DNA from: a virus
Length of the DNA: 64,000 bases
Direction: 5' to 3' (one strand)
IMG/VR virus record: IMGVR_UViG_3300029922_000017
Coordinates: 64,001 to 128,000 of that record
Position numbers and translations under genes: made by a program. Shown here one piece after another: positions 47,503 through 57,935 of the stretch (its first letter is position 1; each line of letters starts with the position of its first letter). Below the pieces are notes generated by a model. It worked only from the letters and a program-made list of their open reading frames with translations, ran no database searches and was not told the DNA's origin.

Positions 47503-48717
47503 TCAAGGTCTTTTTGTGATTATCCATTTTTGGCAGGATTTATTATATCCTGTCTTTAGGCTACTCACTCCTGCCTTGGATAGATTATATTTTTTTAGAA
47601 ATTCATTACCAGTTCCGGCAAATGTTTCTCTTGTGATTTTATGTTGGAATGTAAATATCCGACCATCATAAAATCCATTATCTGCTCCTGCCTGTTTTCC
47701 AATTTGTGCCAAACTCATTTTCCTTCTGCTTTCTTCGGTGAATGTCTTTCCCGTTCTTCCGTGTGTATGTGTTTTATAATATGTTTTTAGTTTTTTACTT
47801 ATATCGGTTCGTATATCGTCGGTATGCGTTTTACCATAATAATGATTTTTATCTCCCATTACACTTTCACGAGTGCCACGCATCTTTTCCTTAATCTCGT
47901 CTGTATGTTTTTTACCATAATATCCATTATTTTTACCACTATGAGCAATTGACATCTTTCGTTTAGTTTCCTCGCTTATAATCAATTTCTGATTACTTTT
48001 TCTAACTAGATTATATCCGCCATCGTCAGCCATAGTTTTATATTTCTCAATATAATGGCATTCTTTTAATAATAAATCTTCTTCGGTGATATTGTATAAT
48101 TCATCGACAAGTTCTATTTTAAAGTTATCAATCCCATATTTAACAATAGAATTTCGTAATACCGACCTACCACGGTTACTATTTAAAGCGTCCCACTTAT
48201 GCTCTTTCCACCTAGTTTCAATATCCCTAGTAGTAATACCTACATACTTCTTGTTATTTACTAGATTTGTTATTAGATATACTATTCCTTTTTCTATAAG
48301 CATCTCTTTTCCGCTTTCTTTCGGCTTCAATATTGTCGTAATAGTATTTTTGCTGGTAGGCTCGATTGTTGGAACGGATATCTTCGATGGTTCTGACTGG
48401 GTATATCCAGGCGTTTCGAAAATATTCCCAATTATAACCGTCCCATTTAAATCATGCTCCCCATATATATTTTCAATTATAGATTGATATGGCTTATTAT
48501 CCCGAAGCGAAGTAAAATAAAATGTATTAAATTCCAATTTATTATTGGACTGACCATCATGAGATATAACTGTTCTGGCTATTTTTCCAAATTGGACTAT
48601 AAAAATATTATCTTCATGATAGACGGATACTATATCTCCATCATAAATTTCTTTTCCGGTATTATCTTTTATACCGGCATATTGTTGGATTTTAGCTTGC
48701 TCATTCTCATCCATCAA
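47503..48717 (-). CDS. YopX-like domain fused to GIY-YIG endonuclease with NUMOD3-like repeats
   Basis: QYAGIKD..GKEIYDGDI...IGNIFE; GIVY.ITN.VN.KKYVGIT; GKKHTDE and SEETKRKMS repeats. Confidence 0.8.
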   Translation of the reverse strand: MMDENEQAKIQQYAGIKDNTGKEIYDGDIVSVYHEDNIFIVQFGKIARTVISHDGQSNNKLEFNTFYFTSLRDNKPYQSIIENIYGEHDLNGTVIIGNIFETPGYTQSEPSKISVPTIEPTSKNTITTILKPKESGKEMLIEKGIVYLITNLVNNKKYVGITTRDIETRWKEHKWDALNSNRGRSVLRNSIVKYGIDNFKIELVDELYNITEEDLLLKECHYIEKYKTMADDGGYNLVRKSNQKLIISEETKRKMSIAHSGKNNGYYGKKHTDEIKEKMRGTRESVMGDKNHYYGKTHTDDIRTDISKKLKTYYKTHTHGRTGKTFTEESRRKMSLAQIGKQAGADNGFYDGRIFTFQHKITRETFAGTGNEFLKKYNLSKAGVSSLKTGYNKSCQKWIITKRP

Positions 48718-48809
48718 TTCACCAAAACTTTTATGATAAACTTTTCCATCATTGTCTGTCCATAATCATATTTCCACGGCATATAATCCGATTTATTTTT
48801 CATATTTTA

Positions 48810-49094
48810 TTATTTAAAACTAATTATTCTAATTAATTCTATATGGTCAGTTTCTCCGACTTCTGTATTATATCTAACAGGTCCAAAATCTTGGTCATTG
48901 TGCCAATTATCAATATTGGCCAATTCTTCACCATACATTTTCATTTCCTCTTTGCCCGCCATTTTATCATCACCATACATTTCTTCTTGCATTTTATCTA
49001 AAATCTCATATCCTTTAATTATAAATGATGAATAGGTCTCGCCGGAACAAACCATCAAGAAAGTTGAGTCTGCTATTTTATGTAATACATTCAT
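48810..49094 (-). CDS. hypothetical protein
   Basis: 94-aa ORF. Confidence 0.6.
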   Translation of the reverse strand: MNVLHKIADSTFLMVCSGETYSSFIIKGYEILDKMQEEMYGDDKMAGKEEMKMYGEELANIDNWHNDQDFGPVRYNTEVGETDHIELIRIISFK

Positions 49095-49111
49095 AATTGT
49101 TATTTATTAAA

Positions 49112-49522
49112 TCATCCCCAATAAGAATACAACAACCACTTCGGCTCCTGTGTATATTCAATATCATATTTCTTGAGAAAATCGGTGATAATGGCTGGGT
49201 TATGTGCAACTAGTGGATTTATTTCTCCCGCCTCTCCCCTATAAGTAGTTTGTTCTGTTCCTCTCAATCCAATAATATACATCGGATAGTCACCGGAACA
49301 GTGGGTAAATAATTCGATTGGACATTTCTTTTCCATCTCCCTTTTGGCTTCCCAATACTTGGAATATAATTCTTTATTAGTTTCATACTCCTCCGTTGGT
49401 TCCGACAATCCGTTCAATTCTGCCCACCAACTGTCAAACCCCTCAAAATCGTCCCACGGAAATTCGGTTCCATCCTCAAAAGGAATACCATAACAAATAG
49501 ATGCGTTAGTTGATTGTCCCAT
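49112..49522 (-). CDS. hypothetical protein
   Basis: 136-aa ORF. Confidence 0.65.
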   Translation of the reverse strand: MGQSTNASICYGIPFEDGTEFPWDDFEGFDSWWAELNGLSEPTEEYETNKELYSKYWEAKREMEKKCPIELFTHCSGDYPMYIIGLRGTEQTTYRGEAGEINPLVAHNPAIITDFLKKYDIEYTQEPKWLLYSYWG

Positions 49523-49736
49523 AATTTATGTTTAAGTTAATTTTCTATAAATCCAAATTAAAATTGGCGGAGTGACGGCAAATCCAACAATCATTATCAT
49601 AATTGGAAGATAATCTTCAAGTAAAAATGTAAGGGGAGTCATATATTATTTATTTTTGTTAATGAAATAATCATTGACTAATACATAAGTCAAGAACATC
49701 CCCACTAAAATTACGATAGCAGTATTATCATTCATA

Positions 49737-50216
49737 TTATTTCTTCTCCTTTTTGGACATCCCGATATTTGATTTATTGTTGGTGGCACCTACTTCTTTT
49801 CGGCTCAGTTTTGGCAATCTATCTTTCAATATTGACTTTATGACTTTGCTATATAATTTACCGAGTTCTGGCTGTTTAAGTATCATTTTCAAGTGGGCAG
49901 TCTCACAATTCTTCAATAATACATATTTAAGCGGTGATTTACCATTTTTACCATAGGTTCCCCATAATAGTTTTCCCTTAATGGCATATAGAGGTTCAGT
50001 ATCATCAACACACCACTCCATCCAAAGAGTTCCATATCCTTTATCGGAATTTCCGGAGGTTGCTCGCCGGTAATAGGAGTCGCCTCCATCGACGCTTACG
50101 CTATTTCCATTTTTAAATGTATACGTCTTATAGTCATGACGATGAGCAGACACTAGAAAGTATTCATCTGGGAAATTCTCCATAATTTTAACCGCATTCT
50201 GTATAATCATGCTCAC
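49737..50216 (-). CDS. hypothetical protein
   Basis: S.HRHDY, VDGG..Y.RR, WGTYGK.G motifs. Confidence 0.65.
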   Translation of the reverse strand: MSMIIQNAVKIMENFPDEYFLVSAHRHDYKTYTFKNGNSVSVDGGDSYYRRATSGNSDKGYGTLWMEWCVDDTEPLYAIKGKLLWGTYGKNGKSPLKYVLLKNCETAHLKMILKQPELGKLYSKVIKSILKDRLPKLSRKEVGATNNKSNIGMSKKEKK

Positions 50217-50283
50217 AATATACCAAAAAAGTATTATTTGTCAAGATTTTTCGTCGAAAAGTATATCCGAATTTAGAGTAAAG

Positions 50284-50706
50284 TTAAGGAATTTCACTTT
50301 TCTGCATCTCTATAGGTCTTTCCTGAAATTTTCTATAGGGCAGCGGCGGGATTGTATCATTCGCACAATCTGGAAAATTATACATACTTTCCCGTTCATT
50401 TATGTATCGCAGAGCAGTTTCGTGTCTAGTTTCATTTGGAAATTTTCTAGCAACGGCCATTATTAATTGATAGTAATTATCATACAATCTCTCAATACAG
50501 CCATGACACATCCAATGTTCAGTTTTATTGGAATTACCTAAATTTAGTAAACCTACATTAGTCCATCCACATGTATTACATATTTTATCAGGATTGTCAA
50601 ATGGAGTATTTAAATTCTTAGTTGGAATTTTATCGGGGTCATATCCTTCCGTTAAAATATCATATACCGGAACTTTAGCATTTTTATTTGGCTTTAAATT
50701 ATACAT
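50284..50706 (-). CDS. hypothetical protein
   Basis: CxxC pairs, KFPNETRHETALRYI. Confidence 0.6.
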   Translation of the reverse strand: MYNLKPNKNAKVPVYDILTEGYDPDKIPTKNLNTPFDNPDKICNTCGWTNVGLLNLGNSNKTEHWMCHGCIERLYDNYYQLIMAVARKFPNETRHETALRYINERESMYNFPDCANDTIPPLPYRKFQERPIEMQKSEIP

Positions 50707-50744
50707 AAATATTTTTTAGGAATTGATTTTACTTTATTATTTAA

Positions 50745-50892
50745 TTGATACTTATCATACCCCATCTGTGCGGCACGGCGCAATGCCGAACTTAAATACG
50801 GGTATCCAATATCATACATCGAGTTTAATATATTCTAATATAGTTTCAGTTGAAACATCACCAGTCGAACATACAAAATGTCCATCAAACAT
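50745..50892 (-). mobile_element. possible IS200/IS605 TnpA C-terminal remnant with hairpin
   Basis: Frame reads DGHFVCSTGDVSTETILEY*, followed by nested hairpin ATACCC..CGGCA/TGCCG..GGGTAT. Confidence 0.45.
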
Positions 50893-51244
50893 ATTGGAAT
50901 CTAATACCATCATATTGTTTTGAGTTTAAAAACCTTTTCGTTTTATAATTTGGATGGAATGGTAAGTTTTTATAAAGTAATATTTTGATACTACCTATGG
51001 AACATATACCTTTGTTTTCACACCACTCTTCTACTTCTTTTCGTATTCCTCTAAATAATTCATTATTATTTTTATCAACCACTTTTACAAATGTTGCACG
51101 AGGATTATTTCTTCCAGTTGAATATTCTTTAATTTTCTGTAATACCTCTTTATCGCCCACAAAGCGTTTCATCGGCGGCGACCACAAAATTGCACCAAAC
51201 TGGTCTAATTCTTTCTTACATTTATCACAAATTGGTTTAATCAT
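50885..51244 (-). CDS. chimeric-looking ORF: CxxC N-terminus plus endonuclease-like tail
   Basis: MIKPICDKC..GAILWSPP then G.NNPRA motif. Confidence 0.5.
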   Translation of the reverse strand: MIKPICDKCKKELDQFGAILWSPPMKRFVGDKEVLQKIKEYSTGRNNPRATFVKVVDKNNNELFRGIRKEVEEWCENKGICSIGSIKILLYKNLPFHPNYKTKRFLNSKQYDGIRFQYV

Positions 51245-51419
51245 ATTTTTTATTATATAGTTTTGTTAAAGTATTTTCGTAAATACAGTCATCCATATGC
51301 CAAATTCCACCTTTATCTAAAAATCCACCACATACTTTACAATCAGTTGGATTTTCTCGACTTGGTATTAATTCATATAATTTATGAATAACATCTATTA
51401 ATTCTTTAATATCATTCAT
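51237..51419 (-). CDS. hypothetical protein
   Basis: CxxC..H..C. Confidence 0.55.
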   Translation of the reverse strand: MNDIKELIDVIHKLYELIPSRENPTDCKVCGGFLDKGGIWHMDDCIYENTLTKLYNKKYD

Positions 51420-51657
51420 AAGGTCTATTATCTTTTAAATCGTCCGTTAAATATTCATGAACACTATCTCGAAATACAGTATCGTTCAATCCCCATTGTT
51501 CAGCAATGAATTTAATATGAGTTGGTAATTGATTATAAATCATGCTCAATTGAGCATCGGTAGGTTCCGATGAATTATTATATGATGCATATGCATCTAT
51601 AACAACATCATGAAACGCATCTTTATCAGATTCAGAATAATCGTTGTATTGTTTCAT
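51412..51657 (-). CDS. hypothetical protein
   Basis: Coupled ORF. Confidence 0.6.
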   Translation of the reverse strand: MKQYNDYSESDKDAFHDVVIDAYASYNNSSEPTDAQLSMIYNQLPTHIKFIAEQWGLNDTVFRDSVHEYLTDDLKDNRPYE

Positions 51658-52085
51658 AATAGATATTTTAATGCAAAGTAATTGATAACTAAATGGAATA
51701 GATTATCGGTGATAATGTAAATCCACCATGATATTGCAGTTGGTCTGATTTTATCTTTATTATCTTCACCCCATTTATCTCCAATATGGTCAAAGTATCC
51801 GGTCTGATTAGAAGACATCCAAGTAGCTCTCCAATCTTTAGGATTAAATACCCATTCCTTAGCAAAAATTAAATACTTTGGAATAGAATATCGGTCAATT
51901 ATAAAATGAGTAATCCCAATAACCAATAAGGCTTTCCATGATAAGGTCAATATCAAGAAACAAAGAGTGTATAAAATAGCATGTAATAAAGCCGGTGGAG
52001 TAGATTTACTCTTATTTACAGCTTGATAGCTCCCTTGTGTTAAGAAGAAATCTGAAATTCCATGGACTAGTAATTGTTCATACAT
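51654..52085 (-). CDS. DUF3307-like membrane protein
   Basis: H..SDF..Q, LLHAILY, THFIID, DNLFH. Confidence 0.7.
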   Translation of the reverse strand: MYEQLLVHGISDFFLTQGSYQAVNKSKSTPPALLHAILYTLCFLILTLSWKALLVIGITHFIIDRYSIPKYLIFAKEWVFNPKDWRATWMSSNQTGYFDHIGDKWGEDNKDKIRPTAISWWIYIITDNLFHLVINYFALKYLL

Positions 52086-52117
52086 ATGAGAGGATTATAT
52101 CAAATCTATATCAGGAG

Positions 52118-52495
52118 TCAAGAGTTATTCTCTTTATATGATTTCCATTGCTTCACCAATTCATCAACTTTAAGTTGTAATCGATGAACTACTCCAATCT
52201 GAGCATGATTTGATTTATCACATTCATCTACCTCTTTCATAGTTCCGTCTATCATAAAATATGATTTCCCAAACCCTTTTTTATAGTCATATTCCCAAGG
52301 TTTTATAGTCACGGTATGTTTAATATTACATTCCGATGAAGTTCCATGTATCGGAGGCGTAGAACAAATAATCGTAAAATCGATGTAATCTAATTGACTA
52401 TACCCAGTATGAAATTCTACATCGGTAATTCCAATTACAACTTCCAAATCAATCCAAGTATTAAAAAATGTTTTTACAATTCTTTCCGGTTTCAT
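52118..52495 (-). CDS. hypothetical protein
   Basis: Stop inside next -35. Confidence 0.6.
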   Translation of the reverse strand: MKPERIVKTFFNTWIDLEVVIGITDVEFHTGYSQLDYIDFTIICSTPPIHGTSSECNIKHTVTIKPWEYDYKKGFGKSYFMIDGTMKEVDECDKSNHAQIGVVHRLQLKVDELVKQWKSYKENNS

Positions 52496-52498
52496 ATA

Positions 52499-53116
52499 TT
52501 ATTCTTCAATTTTAGTTTTTAAATACGTAATTCTCACATTTCGTAGGTCTTCCCATTTCTTCATATCCTCAAAATTAATCGATTGGGAACAATAGATGTC
52601 TTGCTCAAACATATTAAAATGATTAGCCCGACAAAATCTATCCAAACAAGCCAAAATCTTATACTCGGCTCCAAATGCAAAAATATTCTCATTGCAAAAT
52701 GTCTCGGCGGCATCTTTTAAAGAATCTAGCAATTCATCTCCTTTGATATGGATAGCTTCCAATTTTTTAAATTGAAAATTGATATCAATCTTATTTTGTA
52801 TATGGTCAACCGTATCTTTATATTCAGCCGAATTACTTAATTTAACTCCAAATTCCCATGCTTCTTTACTGATTGCAAATGGGAGATATTGATTGGTATC
52901 ATATAAATTGTTAACTGGACAGCTATCGACATTACCATATCCTTTATAAGTTCCTTTATAGACACATACAAAATATTTCTCAAATGCCCATGATAATCCG
53001 CCATTCCTATCCATAAATAGGTCAGCCGCTTCTGGTTTAAATAGAATAATTACACAGTTATCTTCATCAATGATAGGAGTCAAGGTGACGATACAAGTTA
53101 AATTGGCAGTTCCCAT
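52499..53116 (-). CDS. hypothetical protein
   Basis: 205-aa ORF. Confidence 0.6.
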   Translation of the reverse strand: MGTANLTCIVTLTPIIDEDNCVIILFKPEAADLFMDRNGGLSWAFEKYFVCVYKGTYKGYGNVDSCPVNNLYDTNQYLPFAISKEAWEFGVKLSNSAEYKDTVDHIQNKIDINFQFKKLEAIHIKGDELLDSLKDAAETFCNENIFAFGAEYKILACLDRFCRANHFNMFEQDIYCSQSINFEDMKKWEDLRNVRITYLKTKIEE

Positions 53117-53117
53117 A

Positions 53118-53300
53118 TTATTTCATTTGATTGGCTAAGAATTCACAGGCATCCGCATAGCAGATAGCGCAGAATGCGTCACACTTGCCATCGGCGTGGT
53201 CTTTACGAAGTTCGACTTGAGTTTTACCGTAATTAACCGATATTACAACTCCATTCGAGTCATATTCAGTTATACATACACAGTCATCAATTTCATTCAT
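53118..53300 (-). CDS. hypothetical protein
   Basis: Leaderless Cys-rich ORF. Confidence 0.55.
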   Translation of the reverse strand: MNEIDDCVCITEYDSNGVVISVNYGKTQVELRKDHADGKCDAFCAICYADACEFLANQMK

Positions 53301-53332
53301 ATTCCAACATTATACCTATTTCTAGGACAATG

Positions 53333-53536
53333 TCAAATAGATTTTTTCAATTTATCTACGAGTGATGGATGAGCTATTATGTCATCTCCCCATTTATACA
53401 TGGCCGGAATATATTTGAAATTTTTATTATCCTTTTTCCATTTATTCCTAATTCTTGACTTTTTGGAACGAGGAAACCTAAATTGAATTTTTTTGACGCA
53501 TAATTCCGAACTTATTATATTAATACCAGCTATCAT
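53333..53536 (-). CDS. hypothetical protein
   Basis: QFRFPRSKK.RI..KW motif. Confidence 0.6.
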   Translation of the reverse strand: MIAGINIISSELCVKKIQFRFPRSKKSRIRNKWKKDNKNFKYIPAMYKWGDDIIAHPSLVDKLKKSI

Positions 53537-53970
53537 AATTTTACAAACTCAAATTCTGAAATCGGTATTTTATAAAAGAACTCCCCTTTGAGGACAAATC
53601 TATTTCTCGACTCCTTAAGATGTTCATCTTCCATGTATTTTTTAATTTTTTTACCTTTGATTATTCCAATATGTGAATAATCTTCAGATAATATGATATA
53701 ATCAGTCTTACCATCCACGAAGAATTTCTTTTTACGCTCGGCAATATTTATATCAGAATAAGGAAAAATTTCCGATTTCCATACTAATCTATGTTCGACC
53801 TCTACGCTGTGTTTTTCATCTTCCGATATTAAATCAACACTATATCGTGTCTTACCATCAACTAATTCAATGCCCAATTTGTCTTTATAATACTTTTTTA
53901 CAACTTCACGACTCTGAGGGTCATGTGCGGCATGTAATTTCTTATCAAAGGCTTTATGTTTTCCAATCAT
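53533..53970 (-). CDS. putative PD-(D/E)XK-like protein
   Basis: Y.VDL...VEVE...W pattern. Confidence 0.5.
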   Translation of the reverse strand: MIGKHKAFDKKLHAAHDPQSREVVKKYYKDKLGIELVDGKTRYSVDLISEDEKHSVEVEHRLVWKSEIFPYSDINIAERKKKFFVDGKTDYIILSEDYSHIGIIKGKKIKKYMEDEHLKESRNRFVLKGEFFYKIPISEFEFVKL

Positions 53971-53973
53971 AGT

Positions 53974-54519
53974 TTATATTATTTTGTTGTTTTTTAATAG
54001 ACCGATTATTTTGTTTACTATTTTATCTTTACCTTCGGGAGTGCCGTCAAATACTTCATACCCTTCATTATACTTATCAAGCAAATCTAAAATCTTGCCG
54101 TCTATTTCAATGGATTGTTCTTCATTATGCAATCTCCCATTTGGGTCATGTTTTCCTGCTCGTTTTAAGAATACATTATAATTCCACATCTTACTCATTT
54201 CTTCCATTGCTAATTTCTCAAATGTCTCTCGCCGTTCTTTATCATAAATAGGTTGTAACACTAAAGGACTATCTGTTATGATAACATCAACCTCTCCCAA
54301 TAATCGATTAATACGGTGAAATTGATTTCCGAATAGATATATTTGGTCGTGGATAGAGTCCAGGTCTTTATTATATATTATATCTTTAGGGAATTCTAAT
54401 GCCATTTCACAACTAATACCTTTAGTTTTCAAATCAAAGAATATACCTGCACATATAGTGCTTTTTCTCGAATTGGGACCTCCAAAACAGTTTATCACCA
54501 ATGCGTTATTTGTTTGCAT
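53974..54519 (-). CDS. P-loop NTPase/kinase (NadR/AAA_28-like)
   Basis: INCFGGPNSRKST, ITDSPL, GR. Confidence 0.72.
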   Translation of the reverse strand: MQTNNALVINCFGGPNSRKSTICAGIFFDLKTKGISCEMALEFPKDIIYNKDLDSIHDQIYLFGNQFHRINRLLGEVDVIITDSPLVLQPIYDKERRETFEKLAMEEMSKMWNYNVFLKRAGKHDPNGRLHNEEQSIEIDGKILDLLDKYNEGYEVFDGTPEGKDKIVNKIIGLLKNNKII

Positions 54520-55057
54520 AAGTTACTACCTCTCGACATAAATTTATAAATTCTTCATTAGATAACGACTGTTTCGAAAAGTTTAAGTCACGATGAACCC
54601 ACTGTATATTGTTAATGGTATACCCTTTCGTCGAGTCTATTCTATCAAGAGAGGCTGTATTTGATTTTGAGTATTCAAATCCTATATTCCTTCCCGACAA
54701 GGCACATCTTCTTTTTTGTTTAATATAAAGTTTCCATGCCTTTTCAATGGTTAATTTAAAAATTATTTCTCGGCTTTTCGCTCCTCGTATAACATTGTTC
54801 CAAAATGTCATTGATATGTCTTCATGTCCTTTCCATTTAGGGCGTTTACGATATGGATGCCACACATCATAAGTTTGAACAACTAACCCATACATATTAA
54901 GATAATTAGACACCGATTTTTCATTACATCCTACTTCACTTGCTATTTTATTTATCGTTTTTTTATTTATATAATGTTCAGTATGTAAGAACTCTTTAGT
55001 TAAAATTTTAGCTAGACTGCCTCTTCTATTTTTCATTTTTGTTCTCATATTATACAC
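54506..55057 (-). CDS. HNH-type homing endonuclease (same family as 37400)
   Basis: CALSG, SLDRIDSTKGY..NIQWVH..N..K; N-terminal HTH-like segment. Confidence 0.8.
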   Translation of the reverse strand: MYNMRTKMKNRRGSLAKILTKEFLHTEHYINKKTINKIASEVGCNEKSVSNYLNMYGLVVQTYDVWHPYRKRPKWKGHEDISMTFWNNVIRGAKSREIIFKLTIEKAWKLYIKQKRRCALSGRNIGFEYSKSNTASLDRIDSTKGYTINNIQWVHRDLNFSKQSLSNEEFINLCREVVTYANK

Positions 55058-55226
55058 ACCGGTTTGATTTTTGGTTATGTTTAGAAGAACAATCTTTTAA
55101 TTTATGGTAATCTGACCTACGCTTTTGATTAATCATCTCCCGATTAAGTTGGTAATACTTATTAGCTTTAACCCTCTTAATTTCGAGAGTTTCCTCGTAG
55201 GTTCGATTATAAGATTTTCTTCCCAT
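55050..55226 (-). CDS. small basic MGRK protein upstream of HNH
   Basis: MGRKSYNRTYEE..., TATATTTATA upstream. Confidence 0.6.
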   Translation of the reverse strand: MGRKSYNRTYEETLEIKRVKANKYYQLNREMINQKRRSDYHKLKDCSSKHNQKSNRCV

Positions 55227-55266
55227 ATAATATAAATATAAGCGATAAATGAAAAACGATAGATTA

Positions 55267-55806
55267 TTAAATAGATTTAAATTCCTTGGCACATGTAGGA
55301 CATAGAGTTTTTTCCCATTTATTTTTATTTAACACCAACTTAACTTTATTAGTTGTGCCGCAGGTTTCGCACACATGGTTAGACATCTTCTCGTAAAATC
55401 TAATTATTTCTCGTGTCGTAGCATCACCACCCCACACTCCTTGAATTCGTAATTGTCCAAATTTAGATTTAATTATTCCTATAGATACCTGTTGAACTGG
55501 ATTTTTAGTATAATAATTAAATAATAATTTTTCATGTGCAAATTTAACTAGTGCTGGCCATTTTTTTTTAATCGACTCATCACTTACAATCGGCCAGATA
55601 AGGTCATACCAGCGTCTATTCCACCAATAGTGAAATGTATTTAGATTGGCATCCTGAGTTGGATTATCAATGTATGATTGGAGGTCGTCCAACATGCTAG
55701 TGATTATTGATGCCCACCCATCATCTACCTCGAAAGTCTTACTTCTTAAATCTGGAAGAATCTTGGGGTATTTTTTAAGTAGTTTATTGGTCAGTTTTTT
55801 ATTCAT
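55267..55806 (-). CDS. hypothetical protein
   Basis: DGW, K.KFG.LR, CETCG, CPTC. Confidence 0.65.
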   Translation of the reverse strand: MNKKLTNKLLKKYPKILPDLRSKTFEVDDGWASIITSMLDDLQSYIDNPTQDANLNTFHYWWNRRWYDLIWPIVSDESIKKKWPALVKFAHEKLLFNYYTKNPVQQVSIGIIKSKFGQLRIQGVWGGDATTREIIRFYEKMSNHVCETCGTTNKVKLVLNKNKWEKTLCPTCAKEFKSI

Positions 55807-55980
55807 AATTCACTATATATTTTATCGGCGATGGTTAATTCATCCGGTGTCAGTCTTCTATAAAATTTGATATAATCTAACATATAATCAGACGTGTAAT
55901 CATTCTTCCAAGAGTCAATATATTCATTTAGATGATTTAATTCCTCATCCATCTGTAATTCTACGTCTTGATATAACATG

Positions 55981-56268
55981 TTATTTCTTGTTAAGTGTCA
56001 TATTTGGATAACATTTATGACAGAGAAATATTTTTTTGTTCTTAATATCAAGTCCCAAATGTCCCTTACCCATACATTTCTTACAATTGGATTTGGGGGG
56101 ATATGGCACTTGTGCTTTCAATTCTCCAAGTCCGATAAATGTTGGGGGGTGTATCTTCCCCGCCACTGTTGATTTTAATTCATAGGTTGGGGTAGCGGGT
56201 GTTTTATTAACCGGAGGTTGGGATGGAACGTATTCTCTAATTGGTTCGGTCATAATAGGTATAAACAA
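55981..56268 (-). CDS. zinc-finger hypothetical protein
   Basis: CKKC.GKG...CHKC. Confidence 0.55.
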   Translation of the reverse strand: MFIPIMTEPIREYVPSQPPVNKTPATPTYELKSTVAGKIHPPTFIGLGELKAQVPYPPKSNCKKCMGKGHLGLDIKNKKIFLCHKCYPNMTLNKK

Positions 56269-56327
56269 AATGTGCTGTTATATTGATATTATATAACAGC
56301 ACACCGTGGAACTCAACTTTTTATATT

Positions 56328-56564
56328 TTATTTTTTGTCAATTGGGTCGGTAAACAAAAAGTAGGGACATGCTTTTTGCTTCTTGGCCTTGACCAGCATC
56401 CACATAAAAGATACGAATATCACAACTTGCTCCGAACCAGCAACCACAATCGACTTCATTATCTCATTAAACCTAACATCAATCTTTCCAATGATAGAGT
56501 CATATTCCTTTTTAGAAATATTATCATCGGATAACTTCAAATATTCTTCTTTAGTAATTTTCAT
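56328..56564 (-). CDS. hypothetical protein
   Basis: 78-aa ORF, possibly chimeric. Confidence 0.45.
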   Translation of the reverse strand: MKITKEEYLKLSDDNISKKEYDSIIGKIDVRFNEIMKSIVVAGSEQVVIFVSFMWMLVKAKKQKACPYFLFTDPIDKK

Positions 56565-56647
56565 GTGTTCGAATATATCACATCTTATTGTGCATCATAC
56601 TTAAACCGAACATATCAATCAGTTTTTAGAGACATCTGTGATTTATT

Positions 56648-57289
56648 TTAATGGTGTCCTTCTTGTTTACGTGGTATTTTATCCATTAATTGTTTAATCT
56701 CATCAAACGAGACTGGACGTTTCCAATAATCAAATCCAACATCTATAGTTTTCCCGTCTAATTTATAATTTTCTTTAGTTGAATGAATATGTCCGTGGAT
56801 ATGTATTCCGTTATGAGACATACCATTCCAAGAAGATAGTGGATAATGACTAGCTACAGTCTTACTGCCATCAACCGAGAATTCTAGATAATTCCCAACA
56901 TATATCAAATTTCTATATCTTAGTGGATATACTTCTATATCTCGCTTACCATATATTGAATATATATGTTCTTCGTAATTTGACCACGTGCATGAATTAT
57001 GATTCCCAAACAGCATATACACCGATTGACAGTTAATTTGAGATAGAAAATTTTCAAATTGGTCGGATGAAGAATTAAGCATGAAATCTCCGAGATAAAT
57101 CATTATATCGTCATACTTTACATTATCATTTATAGTCTTGATGATGTCGACGTTCATTTCACCGACTGAATTATACCCTCTCATTTTCCAAATAGGAATT
57201 GGCCATTTAGGATTATGGTTATAGTGAAAATCACTACTCAACCATACTTTACTTTCTTCGGTCTGTCTAAAATGTAATACTCTATTCAT
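56648..57289 (-). CDS. calcineurin-like metallophosphoesterase
   Basis: SDFHYNH, LGDF, GNHN, HYP, HGHIH, DVG.D. Confidence 0.87.
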   Translation of the reverse strand: MNRVLHFRQTEESKVWLSSDFHYNHNPKWPIPIWKMRGYNSVGEMNVDIIKTINDNVKYDDIMIYLGDFMLNSSSDQFENFLSQINCQSVYMLFGNHNSCTWSNYEEHIYSIYGKRDIEVYPLRYRNLIYVGNYLEFSVDGSKTVASHYPLSSWNGMSHNGIHIHGHIHSTKENYKLDGKTIDVGFDYWKRPVSFDEIKQLMDKIPRKQEGHH

Positions 57290-57611
57290 GATATCCGTTT
57301 CTATATGCTATATATTTTGTTTTTTCGCTATTCTTTTTAAATGGATTTTTATAGGGACGCTTTAATCTTTTATCATTGCTTCCCATATGATATGCTCCAA
57401 TAATTTTTTCTGATTCTTTACTCATAAATTATTCCAAATAATCATCGTAAATTGTAATATGTATAAACCCATCACCATCTGTGTGACCAATGATAATACT
57501 ATCACCACACCCATTTTTAAACGCTAACAACTCTTCGAGAGAATTGATTTCAATTGTCTTTTCATACTTACAGTCCGATGCTTTTTCAATTTTAAATTTC
57601 ATAACTATTTT

Positions 57612-57935
57612 TTAAATGTGACTTCCACCAAATATCTTACTAAATACTCCGCCCTTGCCAAATATCTCTTCGAACAATGCGGGGTTATTTAACTCTACAT
57701 CGAGCAGTTTATTTTTTCGAGTTGGTTTAGTAATATTCAATCGCAATTCACAATCGGGACATGTTAGCCTGATATATGTCTCATACATCTGGATAAAATG
57801 TGGAAAATCAGCCCGTTCCAATTTAAATATACATTCGCAATTTTTACATCTAAACTCACGGTCTTCCCACCAATATTTTTCAATTGTAGTTTTTGTTGGC
57901 TTGCTATAGGGAATGCCAGATTTAATAATTTTCAT
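57612..57935 (-). CDS. zinc-ribbon hypothetical protein
   Basis: CKNC...CPDC. Confidence 0.6.
   Translation of the reverse strand: MKIIKSGIPYSKPTKTTIEKYWWEDREFRCKNCECIFKLERADFPHFIQMYETYIRLTCPDCELRLNITKPTRKNKLLDVELNNPALFEEIFGKGGVFSKIFGGSHI

Noticed and set aside
48714-48803. In-frame TGA read-through upstream of the YopX-GIY-YIG gene
   Set aside because: The upstream ATG opens a separate 29-aa ORF whose stop overlaps the next start (TGATG)
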